In this document: positions 51,801 to 64,000 of the stretch, one piece after another
Layout: each line of letters starts with the position of its first letter
Position numbering within the stretch: position 1 is the first letter of the stretch
Assembly: GCA_040954595.2 (NCBI GenBank)
Contig: CM082578.2
Location: 16,786,998-16,850,997 of the forward strand
Reading direction: 5' to 3'
Source of the DNA: Balanoglossus misakiensis
Lineage: Eukaryota; Animalia; Hemichordata
Length of the DNA stretch: 64,000 nt
Translations under genes and position numbers: made by a program
Notes under the pieces: model-generated
What the model was told of the DNA's origin: nothing
What the model saw: only the letters and a program-made list of their open reading frames with translations
Database searches by the model: none

Positions 51801-54800
51801 TCGATCAAAGCTGTGATTTATATTCATGCACCTACCTTAGACAATTCACACTAGTCTTGCCTATAATGCTGTAAAAAATTTAAACGCGAAACACAACAAA
51901 TGATTAATTTACACACCCTCTCCCAGCTGGTCTAAGAGCACTTTTGGTGCCATGATTAGAGTTTGAACGTGTGAGAAAAAAGTGTTCAGCTGAAGGGCTT
52001 GCCATTACCAACACCGCGAGTGATCAGCACAAATCAGTGAAAAACCTTGACCGTGTTTTCAATCCATTTTCAAACCAGATTAGCCCACCTTAGACAAAAA
52101 AAAACGTTTCTTTGGCAGATCCAAAACTGACACTCCAACACGTCCTCTGCCATGCTTGGTTTGCGGTTCATTACATGCATGTGTAAGCAATTGCCGCACA
52201 TTTTGAAATATACGGGTGAGTCACCAGCATGCTGAAGTGGCAAAGCCAGCCAGCAAGAAGCAAATTAAATTTTATGGGGAATATATGTCGTATCAAGTTT
52301 ATTTCAGGTACTGAATGATTATGCATTGTTGGAGACTTATATTTCAGCTTTAAAACAAACAAGTTTCATTCCCTTGAAATCAGAGTAAAATACAGGACCA
52401 GTAGAATTTCCCCCCAAGATTAAACAGACCTCAGGTTCTCACCTATATTCACCATTCTTCTCAACTTTTTTTCTCTTTTCAGCATATCGTCATCAATTGC
52501 AGGTTCACATGACAACCAAACTTTGCAGTATCCTTGGTGATCACCTGTACTCCTCAAGGGTCCAAAGTGTTCTGGGGGTACCTGTGTTGGCTGATGCTGA
52601 AAATACCAGTCCAGCTACACAGGTATGACATTTTAACAATTTACCTAGTTCTCTGTGACTATGTTGATTTTGTCTGTAGTTTTGTTGTTCAGCAATATAT
52701 CTGTATCAAGAAGTTATTTCTAAACTCATCAACACTCCCTTTTACGTGTAATGTGTATTGTTTATTAGGCTGTCCATACTTTAATTCAATTTTCGCCAAT
52801 AATAATGCTTGCTCGTTGTCACTATATTGACAAGTAAGATACTGGATGGTTTTAACATGCATAAGGGACCAGACATTATATATGACAGACAGAACAAAAA
52901 TACGAAAGACATGTTAATTTGGGTTACAGATATCTCCCTGTAGGAAATATTTTAATACTTCCAACAGGTGGATTCAAGAAGTAATTAGGTTACTGTTGCA
53001 CGTTCCCTGATTTTTAGACTTCCACATCACCAGATATTAAATGTTCCAGTCATTCTTGCTGTCATTTCATATCCATGTGCTTAGTAACCATGGTGATGTA
53101 ATATTTACGCTAACAAGACACTGATTCTGTCAGATTTAATCCCCTCAGGCTTTTTCTCAGTCAGTTGATGTTAGATGATTGCAAATTCTAATATTCCCTA
53201 CAGCATTTCATTCTGAATCTGTACATGTCCATTATCATTGCCCAGAATGTATTTGTGAACCTGAGATATGTGCAGACTAAATTGGTATAAAGAGAATACG
53301 CTGGGTTTGCATGAGAGTCAGTGTTTTTCACCACTACATGACTTCTGGGCATTGTTCTGATTTGTGTCTTGACTTGAGGCATTACTCAGACAGCCAGAAC
53401 AGTGTGTTATGGCACAGTCCCTCCATATAACCACACAGTCCCTTTGTGAAAGAACTGTTTTAAAAATGCTGCATGGTTGAAAATGCTGAGGTTCATGCTG
53501 TTCTAAAGACTCAAGATATGCACACACAGCCAACGCCATCAGAAGCATTCAATAAATCTCTCAACCAAGGCTGATAAATAGCAGATTGCTTTTCTCAAAA
53601 ATTCGTTCAGACATCACAAAAGGTTAGAAAAAAATACCAGTATCAGACCCACACGCTTGCTTTGCCTCCAATATGGTGATTGATTGTGGGATTGTGAGCA
53701 GCTCGCTTCCAATTATCCAGCAAGCATTATTGAAACAATATATTTTGCTGTGCATGTTGCTTCAGAATAACGGTACCCATTTCAGCTGTGTCACATCAAC
53801 TATGAGTTATAGGTGAATTCCAGAAAAAATAATATTCAGCTCAATACTTCTAATGATACAGGCATATGGGGTCAGGATATTAGACTTTCACACTTGTGGG
53901 CTCGTCGATGCAAAATATGAGACACCTTTCCTAGTTGCCACCATTTTCTATTATTTAGGTTACAAGATGCATTCTGAATCTGTTATCATCAGGTTGTTGT
54001 TTTTAAAATGGAAAAATATATATTTTAGAGATGAAAAGACATCCATTTGATTGATTTGATCTCTGGGTTAGTGGAATACCTGTCACAAATAAACACAGCG
54101 ATGGAGAGTACAGTCTCATACAGACAGTCCCTTGTGTACGTACATGTACCATATGCTTTTCATACGTGTAGCATATGACAGAGCTATTGGTTCCAAAGAA
54201 AATGGATTTATAGAGTCAGTGTCTGCGGATTATATCCTTTTCACAACATCAGCACTTCTGACAGCTGATTCATTCACAAATCTACATGCATAGCATTTCG
54301 TCTACAAGTTTGTGTCTGCTAAGGGTTTTAATTTGAACAGGCTGTCCATACAATGAGTTTTATTGCTACTATTTTATCCAATCTATCGGAATTACACTGG
54401 GTCAATTTTTCTCATCCTTCCAAGCGTCTGCTTCATTTTTTTTTTTGCTCGGGTTGTGTAATCGTGTCTGACTATACATTGTAGCTGAGGCAAATTGAAG
54501 CGAACATCTGGCCAATTAATTTGCCCAGTCGGCTATTGAAACCTCCAAAGCTTGCTGATCACTGCTGGAGGGAAAATGCAATAGCCAATCTCCAATCATA
54601 TAGAAGCCTGCAAGCGTGCGTGCATATCCATGCAACGTTTATCCTGTTAATTTACAAATACCTTGTTTTTTTTCGTGGTTTTCCTATCAATACAAATATA
54701 TCATTCTAAACAGGGTTGTAGATTCATTCCCCCATGTTGAGAAGCCATTTTCAGCCAGCAGACTGATTACTCGTGCACCACTTCCCAAAACTCCTGCGTA

Positions 54801-57800
54801 TGTAAAATTTCTCCAGGAAATAGCCTGGATGTGCAGGGTAAATTCTTACAGAGTTGGCAGATTACATGAACTAGCTGTGAGTGATAAAACCAAACCACAG
54901 CCTACATGTAGCTTTCGATCATCAGTCTACTGTTCATGGGTATATCAGAGTCAGGTAATTGCCAAAAGATAGTCCCTATTCTGAGAAGGGTGGATAGGAG
55001 AAATGAAGGAAAAGAGGGGAGCAGAGACTGGAGGAGGAAGGTGATAATGGCAGAGAAGTGAGGAAGGGGGGTAAGAGTCAGAAATGGAGGTGTGTGTCCT
55101 ATAGCCCTGTCAAATTGTTCTACATTGCTGCGCAGTTCATGTATGTATGTAGAACAACATGAAGGCAAACAGTTGGACTGTAAATCACAGCAGAGTGATG
55201 TTAAGGTCTTAACACTCATCTATCATAGTTATGCAGCGTGCAATGAAGACAAATGGACAACGCTAAATCATAACTATCATAAATTCAGGCTCCAGTCCAT
55301 GGTCCACTAATGCCCAACACATGATGTTTATCATCTTAGTCTTTCAAAAAAACTGAAAGCAGTCTGAGGTTTAGGTGTTTGGCAGATGTAACGATTGAGA
55401 TTAGTGGAACATTCACACCCGTTTGGTTGAATCAGACAAGTAGCTGTGTTAAGCAGTTGTTTAGGAATGAAATATCTGCCAGCAGAAAGAGAATAAAATG
55501 TTCATGAATGGTTTCATGACAACCAGCATCTGTGAATGTTGTAAATATCACTATTACCTGTCTCATTTGTGTTGTAAATAGCTTTATTATGACTCTGAAC
55601 AGAGTGGTACAGAAAGAAAGAAATGTGTAATGTCCATCCTTCCTTCCTTCCTTCAACCATGCTATATGAACAAAGCTGAGTGACATAATTTCCATTCCGT
55701 ATACGAACTCAGATACAGCAGACTTCATCAAATTTGTTTGAATTCCAATTGAGCCGGCCCTAATTCCTGAATTGTTGATTTTTTCTACAGTCTGCTTGCG
55801 GCTGTAATTGTATTTTCTTTTATGTTTGTGAGTGCACATAGTCTACATGTTTGTAGTTAGTACTTTGATTGCATTGTGTATATATTTCCATCTTGGTTTT
55901 CGACTGCTTGCCGTCTGTTCTCAGTCGGCGTCAAATCCGACATTTGAAGCTGATGAGGTCATTTTCTAGTTCCTGTTCGTAGCCTGTGCCTGGGGCATCT
56001 TTCTAGAAAGCTTGCCCTTTCTCCATGTTTTTTTGCCTTGGGGAAAGCTCATTGACTACTGAAGAGGCTGCTCCTACATTTAGAGTCATTCTAACCTCGT
56101 TGCATAACTTTCCTCACTGACTGTATAGAATACAAAGTACAATATGTCTGTTGTAATGTGTACCTTTCCTTCCCTCAGCACCAGACACAGCAGACTCTCT
56201 CTCTCTTCAACACATGCACATCAGCAGCAGCATATTATGTCAAGTGATGAGTAACATAAAAAAACTTGTCATGTAAAGCATTTGTTAATAGCACTGCTGG
56301 CATAACTTTATAGTCTTTACAACACAACATGTTTTGTCATCCAATACGATAATGAGACCGGTTTTGATGTTATTATCCATCGAAGACACTTGTGTGGTAA
56401 TTTTAGTGGTATACCCTTCTGCCAGAGCTACGTCAAGACAGTACATCTGATTTTAATCAGACTGATAATTGATCAGATAGGATATGTTTGCCAGGCCTTG
56501 TTACCCGTTGCCAGAAACCTTTAAAGCCGATTTTTGTGTAAAGATAGGGATTTAGTATAAAATTCTGAAACAAGATATGCAGAAATTAAATTTTAAAGAA
56601 GGAAATTCTCTGCTGTATTACTGTTCACGTCCCAACTGACATTGCCCATTAGTAGACTTTTCAGTCTGTTAGAAGCTTCAGCGAAAATTAGCTCCCTCTC
56701 ATGACCCACATGAACAAAAAATTGAAAAGGAAGCAAAGTTGCACATTATCAATGACTAATATTCTTTTATCATCAAATAGGTTTATAATAAGATCATAAA
56801 ACGATTTTCTGTCGTCTGATGACCCTTTTATCATTGCCAGCTTTACATCTTTCAAGGCAAAATCTCGAAAAGGAGAAACAGACTCTGAAAATGAAGTTAA
56901 TACTCTATGCACAATTGCACTGCACCCTACCATGAAAATTAGCCTAGCATGGCATCTAACAAAGGAAATATGCATTGCAGATACCTTTTGCACAGCTGGA
57001 TTTGGCATTAATCCACGTTGCACAGTAATTGATACGTATGTCTTTTGTACGCCGGTCATGGAACTCTGGAAAATTTCCTAACAGGGCAGCCATGTCAGTT
57101 ATGTTCCCTTTTCCGTATAATGTTCATGGGATTAGCGTCAATGTTTTTCAACTTGGCCATAATGGAAATGGCTATCCCAATTGATGTAGAGCCTGAGGTT
57201 ATGTTACATTTAGAAACAGCTGCAGCTATTAATAGTCTCCTTTTTTTTCTTCCCCACAATTTTTGTTCTGTTTAATCAACTAGTTTCACGTATGTTCCAC
57301 TTTCTGAAGCTTGTCCTATATATGCAACTTCCATATGCAGCTTGTACATGTATGTACATTAATCTGCGTTGTTGTTTATGTGAACATTTTATATTGAAGG
57401 TTATAATCATGTACCTGGAATTTTGATATCTCAGCCAATCACAGATTTTCACTTGGTGATCACACAAAAAGCTGTGTCACCTCCTGGTCATTTGGAGACT
57501 ACACCCAGTAACTGTTATGGGCATGAGTAAATTGAAGATGATTGTATTTCAAAGTCACTGAATGTTGAATGCACCAGTTTTGATAACATGGGAGCACAGT
57601 GTCCTTGAAGTTATTTTATGGGGGGGGGGGGGTGTTACTCAGGCATGTATGAACTGAACTCCACACAAGAACTGTGCTCTATGTTGTTGTGTTTAATATG
57701 TGTCATGATATGATTCCAGTTTGACAGCCTGGGGACCTTTCCGATGTGATGCGCCATAACTCAAGCTGCCAGATCAGATTATCCACTTTGCTCACTGTCC

Positions 57801-59150
57801 TACATGTGTGAATATCAGTTTGCAATTTTTGGTCCATAATTGACATTGACAGTGGCGGCTTGATTCAAGTTGCTATGAATACATAAGAAGTGTCTTTCTT
57901 GAAAGCTGATACCAGCTGTATGCATGCCAATTCGATGTGAGACATTCAGTTGACCATTTTGATTTGATTTTTTTATGCTCTCCCAGTTGAAGCGCCAATT
58001 CCTTCATTTAATATATTGTATTTAATACAACGAGATTGACTAACACCATTGCTTAGACACGAAAATATCAGCCTGGTTGTTTTGAACATATATATTTAAA
58101 TATGGTAATCTGGGAAGAGTAGTCATGACAACTGCACATCGTGTAATTTTCTCAAAATTGCCAACATGGCCTTTCTATGACTACAGAAAGGCATGAACTC
58201 ATGACTGTCACACATACTTTTTTTTTGGAGGAAGATATTTTACCAAATTCACATTTTTGTAAAAAAAATTCTGATCTTGGCATACCCTCGGTACATCTTA
58301 AGTGTGCAAACATATTTTCCTTCAATGGAATAAGGTTGATGTTTCTGTAGTGTTTAGACAGCTGTTCATTTCATCTGGCATTTATATGGATTTTGGCACT
58401 TATCTTTTTTCTGAGCAATTTCACTTCAATCTCTACCTTGCATTCTGGCCTTGTAGCTAACAGGACTGTAATGACATAGTACAATGCATTGACACAACCC
58501 GTGTCTTGTACTTTGCATGCAGCAAACACACTGCCAATTTCTCTGTGCTATTTTCCATATCCTTCTTATTGACCCCATTGCCCTGAATGTTTTGATTCAT
58601 CGTACAGATCTCGAGTCTTTGTGATTGTCCAGTAGTCGTACATCATCTTTCTGACCTTTTATGATCCGACATTTGATCACAGTTGCTCAGACAGTTTCAT
58701 GGCCTTTTTTGGGGGGGGGGGGTTCTAAATAATCTGCATGGATGATGTTTATTGCCACTTATGTAAATATCATCCCAGCTCTCCATTCAGATCACATACA
58801 CTTTTTGGAAGTACATGTACTCTTTCCCCTCCTTCCCCCTCCCCTCCATGGTCTGCTATCTCCAACTGTAAGTGGTGAATTAAGTGTGTTTATCATCACC
58901 ATGTTGTGTTAAATGAGCTCTGCCAATCATTTCTCAATGTCATTGCCAGGTTCCAAGCAGAGAGATTTTACACAAGATGAACTTGACAAGCAGTATGATG
59001 TCTTCAATTCCTCTTCACCTCCACTGTGCTGCTGTGTGTCTTCCAAACTGGCAGAAGGGAGCAGACATCACTATATGCGCTCCGATGCCGAAATACTTCT
59101 GGAAAACGCTGAAACTGTTGGACTTGTGGAGGCCCACGTCCGAGCTCTAA
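36837..59150 (+). CDS. RPUSD3: Mitochondrial RluA-family pseudouridine synthase-like protein (~389 aa), exons 36837-37191, 39279-39432, 40919-41026, 43591-43625, 48639-48688, 49835-49961, 52483-52622, 58950-59150
   Basis: Eight GT-AG exons sum to 1170 nt in frame. The N-terminus is Arg/Ser-rich and presequence-like. Motifs: LNKPAG, RRYWAVTVGVP, TQYRVL, HQLQVHM...LGDHLYSSRV and PLHLH. The catalytic HRLD is replaced by KAPE, consistent with RPUSD3 rather than RPUSD4. Confidence 0.85.
37700..37862 (-). mobile_element. Probable non-autonomous DNA-transposon (MITE) fragment with poly-C tracts
   Basis: Two long C runs, ending in gaagaaactgaccagtccctta. Similar agggac-type ends appear at ~17225 and ~52862. 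No partner terminal repeat was found. Confidence 0.35.
39516..39695. mobile_element. 180-bp MITE with CAGGGGTGAG terminal inverted repeats and a 5-bp target-site duplication
   Basis: Left end caggggtgagtaaa, right end tttgctcacccctg (13/14 inverted match). The element is flanked by attct at 39511-39515 and 39696-39700. Confidence 0.7.
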
Positions 59151-61789
59151 AGCCTCTTGTGAATGCATACACATGGCCCTTGATCATCATGAAAGAAAGT
59201 GCTGTTTTGTGTAATGGACGTCTTACAAAGTGATATAGTTCGCACACGATGATTGGATCTAACCGTCAATAGCTGCAGATTACACCCAACATCCTGTGAT
59301 GGAATCGTTGCAATTGTGGCGAGCCATATTGCTAATTGATTATGCATCGCATCACTCACAGACCATCAACAAGAAAGTGGCCATACAAGACATTGGGTGG
59401 GAGATAAAGATGGAGCACGTATTTGCATGCACAATAGATCATAATCACTTTCTCAGTGGTTTGTCTACTGAAATGCAAACACAGCTCAGTTGTCATTTAA
59501 CCCCTGTTTAGCCTAGTTCTCATGTGTACAATGGCAGCTGACACCAGTGAAAGTGATTGGAGTGCATTGGTCAGAAGAGTTAATAGTGTTGTTTCTGGTA
59601 GGGGCGAAGAGGTTAGGTGCCTTTAATAGAAGTGTTTGTAAATGCCGTCAGCAGAAGGTTTTTCAGGGAGAAAAACTGTGGACTGATGTCTTTTTGACTC
59701 AGAAGAATTGAGATTTTTTCCATATACACATCCTGTAAAGCTTCCTTACCAGCTCGTTGAGACAATTATAACTTGATCTCCCTCAGTGAGGATAAAAATG
59801 ACTGTCATATTTTGGGACAAAGGTGCACTTCTTTATGGCACTTGGACATCACGTGTGCTTCTGTCTAAGAGCACACAATATGTCTGGTAGATGTTATGTA
59901 CAGTCTTCACTGCTGCTAACCAATTGCAGTTGTAAGAGTGGTTGTGTCTGTTTTTTCACAGACTATAGTCAGAGTTGGATAGGATGTTCCATATGAAACA
60001 AGCATGAACTGACTGTCTGTACAATGCAATTAAAGCAGCTTCATTTACATGCACATGTATGTATTCCTGCACAGTTGCATCGATCGCAGTCTCTTGAATT
60101 CTAGGATTTCAAGTGGGTCCACTCGGTAATTCCCCCCCCCCCCCCCCCCCCCATAGCAATGTAATACAGAACCCCAATAGCTTGCAGCCACATAGCCAAC
60201 TGATTACAAAAGCTCTCAGATGAGCAGTGGACAGTATCTGTGTTGAGTATTACTCCAAACATGTACTTAGTAGCTTTTAAGCAGCCAGTGCCTAGAGTGT
60301 CATCTTCCTTGTGCCCAGCTCGTGAGAGACTGTTATCTGCCTGTGTGCCTATAGGGTCAGCCTTTACAAGTAATACCCACTCATCTATCTTACTTTGCGC
60401 TCATCAGATTCAATTTTACATTGGCCTGGCAAGATAAAAATAAACACACAGCATAAATTTTTTAAATACATGTATTTCCTTTTCAAACTGCCATATTGTT
60501 TTCATTAGACTGCAACGGAAACTAGAGTAAAAATCGTGATGAATAACTAGATGTAAAAAAGTGCCAAATTCTTTGTGTTATGAATTCTTTCCGGAAAGTT
60601 TCCGGAATGCTAATGAGGGACAGCTTCCTTGGAGGAAAGACCCTTTGGTGTGCTTTTAATGTTTCGTGCTGCCGAAGTAAATGTCAGATGTGTGACTGTA
60701 CCTTTCAGAAATATCAAAGATAATTCCTGTGGGCCTCTCTCGTAAGTAGCCTCCTTCAGGGAAACTGATGTCATCATTCATTGACACATTTGCCTCATTA
60801 GAGTGGCACTCCAGCTTTGTCAAAATTTGTGTTCAACTCAAACCGAAGTGACAGATGGTGAACCCTTGCGTTGATGAACACAGTTTTGTGAAAAAGGGAG
60901 TGCTGTTTTTATTGGAAGTTGCACCTATCGGCCATTAGCAAATGTGCCTCGTTTATTTTAATTCGTGAACAAGTCTGTGCGGAGTGTTTGAGTGTCAGAA
61001 CAACTCCAGCATGTTCAGTTGGTGGAAGATAAAGATGAGTCTGTGTGTGTAGAAAATCAAATGGTGAAATTCGCACACAAGTGATGGTGTACACATCAGA
61101 CCTAGGTGTCCATGTTAACACAGTATGATATATCTTTATGAAAATTTGCATTGGTGACAGTGTACCTTTAAGCCTCCTTGTTACCTTTTTTTCCTCACAT
61201 TTCATTTCATGTTTCCATTGATGTGACCCAATTGGGGAGACATGTGACCCTTGTTGCTTCTTTCACAAATCCCCTCATCAGATTGACTGAACTCACTCAA
61301 CCCTATCAAAATAACACTTTACACCCACGCATCTATTTCTGTACTGAACCGCAGTTAGTATAATCTAATTTTCATCCCTTGTGGAGCTAGCCTGGATACA
61401 AAGAAACTCGTTTCTCTTCTCCACTTTTTATCAGAATGTTAAAGGCATGAGATGGTTGTCTTGCCACAAACTTTCATGGTTGAGAGAATTCTCCACGATT
61501 ATTCATGAGAAATAAAATTTCATGTTCTATGTAATTGGTACTCGAGATGATACTCGCAATTGTGACAAGTCTCTACTAAGACAGGTTTAGTTCAAGGACA
61601 AGTTCAAGAATGATCTATGGAAAGGGCGTCGTTAATGTGCTGATGTTCATGCGGAACTATTGAATGTAATCGTGTGTTAAAGATTTTGTTAGAGCCGAAT
61701 GATCATGAATACAGGTCGACTAAATGAACTCCTGGAAGTGCCCAGGTGTACATGCTGTCTTTCCAGCCATTAGCTGAACACCTTGTCTC

Positions 61790-62320
61790 AAAAACGCTGC
61801 CCTTAAAGATGGGCGTGGCGCCTTATAGCCCTCACTGGAACGGGCAGTTCGTTCCAGAAAATATTGGTTTAACCAGGCCCGACAAAGTACTCAAAGAGAT
61901 CCCCAGTATTACCGCGCAGCAATAATTTACCCTTTCGCTTCTCTCAAATCAGTGACGTGGCGTACGCGACATGGTTTTCAAAACAGCGTTTCTAGTGGTT
62001 AGTTTATTGGTGCAAGAGGGGTATCCCTGGGAACGATACGTGGGATTCCATCCTATTAGTGTTAAGTCTGCGTGGGTATTACAATGTAACAAGCCAGGTA
62101 GAGATAGTGATGTCTTTGTTCGCGGTTAATTCGCGTTACGTGGGGTGTTAACATCAAAACCTTTCCGACAAATGCGTCACCCAGACAAACTCCCCGAGGT
62201 TGCCACTCTCTCCGCGCCTGCTTCATTAAATCGAGTTAATTGATTTCTGAGTTAAAAGAACAACGGCGATCCTCACACGGAAACATTGGATACCCTATTG
62301 CGACGACAACCACTATTTTT
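61790..62320. promoter_or_regulatory. CpG-rich promoter/enhancer-like segment with no assigned gene
   Basis: CpG density is high compared with the RPUSD3 introns. Contains a GC-box-like gggcgtggc and tgacgtgg. No ORF with recognisable homology. Confidence 0.35.
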
Positions 62321-62774
62321 GTTCATCTGAGCAAATGTGATAATGTTTATGAGTGGCAGCAACACCAATTCTCTCTCCGTGCTCAGATAAGATGAATCAC
62401 CCAAACGAAAGTGATGACAACTTTCATTCTCAAATCTACCACATCGTTAAATGTCGCACATTCTGGGTGATACGGCATACCGGAGCAAGTTTATTGATGA
62501 CAATAAAAACGAATAGTTTTACTTTGACGTGGTTTTTCAAAGATTACACTTTTAACCGCAATAAACCGCAGTTGGTATCTATGCAGACCTTCGAAATTCC
62601 AAGCCTTGTAATTTCAAATTTCAACCGGCATTTAGTCTGTGTTGATGAATATGATGAATACAAAAAGGGTGGTTTGTATAATTCATTTACTGCCTTTATA
62701 TTTTGAACAGGTCAAGAGTTCAAGTATGGTATTTGTGGTGTACCCATGCATGGCCAGTCATGTAAGTCTCGATT

Positions 62775-62781
<7 letters not shown>

Positions 62782-62822
<41 letters not shown>
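62782..62822. repeat. (TG)n microsatellite, about 20 units
   Basis: Uninterrupted tgtgtg... run. Confidence 0.97.
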
Positions 62823-62825
<3 letters not shown>

Positions 62826-64000
62826 AAAATTCCGTAACAACTGCCCTGTGAGTGTTTTACGTGGGGATAAAATTACCTGAAACCGAACATCACCAACTAC
62901 ATACATGTATTACAGACATACACACGCAGTTCTATGTGCCATATACATCATTAACAGTACTGTCAATGCATACGTTCAATCTATGGGATAATGCGCGATT
63001 ATTGCTGTCCACATTACTATCACAGTGCCTGTAATAGAGCAACCTCGTAAATAGTAGCAGTTATGAGGACGAACGCCCTTATTATTACGTAATTTGTAGT
63101 ATTGCTTAAAGGTTATAACACCTGGTGTATACAAACTGTGCTTCCAAACCGCGTGGTTCCAGCTTTACACTTATAATACAGCTCAAAGCGTAAAGTCAGT
63201 GGCGTAAAGTATTCTTTTTACGATTTATAACTATCGGACTAGATGGAAAATTCAGTATCTTTGGATGTGTCTTCAGTCCAGCCATCGATTTGTCGTCGGA
63301 ATGTGTCAGTTTATGATGAATTGGCTAAGATTATTATGATCGCTTTCCCCAACCGCCAGATCTTGTTAGATCGAAGAGATTCGTTCTGGAATGTTTTTCT
63401 TGTCTGAGTCTGTCATCACGAAGCAATGTAATGGGTCATGGTTTGACGATTTGAAAATCTTCGCTTGAATAGCTTATGTGATAGTGTATGCTCTATCGCC
63501 GTGAAAGTTTATGATCGTTTTTTTTCCCAGTGGCCTGGCCGTTCTTGTGCTATCGAAGTGTAGGATTTTTGTGAATGAGACTGAATCACCCGAAGTTTAA
63601 TCTTCGCTCATAATTTGATCGATCGTATCTGTGGTCCTCAGAGTATCTAGCCAATATTTGAAATTAAAAATGGCCACATTCTTGATTTTCTTGAGAACAG
63701 GATAGCGGGCATCATGATTTTTAAATGACTCACCACTAGAGTCCATGGGCGTATACAGCAAGGATGGAATAGCTCAATAGGTTTAGGGGGTTTTTCTTAT
63801 ACCCGCGTTCCCACCCCGAGGTGTGATCTCCTTACGCGAGTAGGAAAGACGCACTTCTAAGACTGCGACAACTTTATACCCAGAGATATCCGTCCTCTGA
63901 AATGAAGGGCATGTTTCAATATTTCATGCACGCTTCTCAGAGGTTCGAATGACACGGATGAGTAACCAATCAGACGATCTGTCTGAATGTCACAGATCGG

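Noticed and set aside
58913-59233. 106-aa ORF in the supplied track
   Set aside because: Wrong frame. The real coding frame here is the RPUSD3 last exon (58950-59150, PLHLH).
7873-60152. Scattered poly-G/poly-C tracts and frequent tacatgta palindromes
   Set aside because: They look like genome-wide simple-sequence background with no regular spacing. Homopolymer lengths may also be sequencing artefacts.
41027-64000. miRNA, snoRNA or tRNA genes in the large introns and the downstream region
   Set aside because: I recognised no known mature miRNA, box C/D or H/ACA structure, or cloverleaf by eye. An Infernal/Rfam scan is needed to exclude them.

Overview
This is AT-rich, intron-containing animal DNA, probably from an invertebrate deuterostome (an inference). 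Bases 1-10 kb carry four tandem intronless TRH-receptor-like class A GPCRs. A fifth, melatonin/Moody-like GPCR lies at 14-15 kb. The fifth sits, on the same strand, inside an intron of the GDP-fucose transporter gene SLC35C1. The other four probably do too, because the 5' exons of SLC35C1 are not found in the window. A compact gene block follows: an uncharacterised 10-exon coiled-coil gene (+), PACC1/TMEM206 (-), SELENOK with an in-frame Sec UGA and a type-2 SECIS (+), ACTR8 (-) and LLPH (-). Next comes an RPUSD3-like pseudouridine-synthase pseudoenzyme (+), whose 8 exons span 22 kb of unusually large introns. The last ~2.5 kb is CpG-rich and has no recognisable gene. Exon boundaries were read by eye from GT-AG sites and frame continuity. 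Gene identities come from recalled motifs, not database searches.
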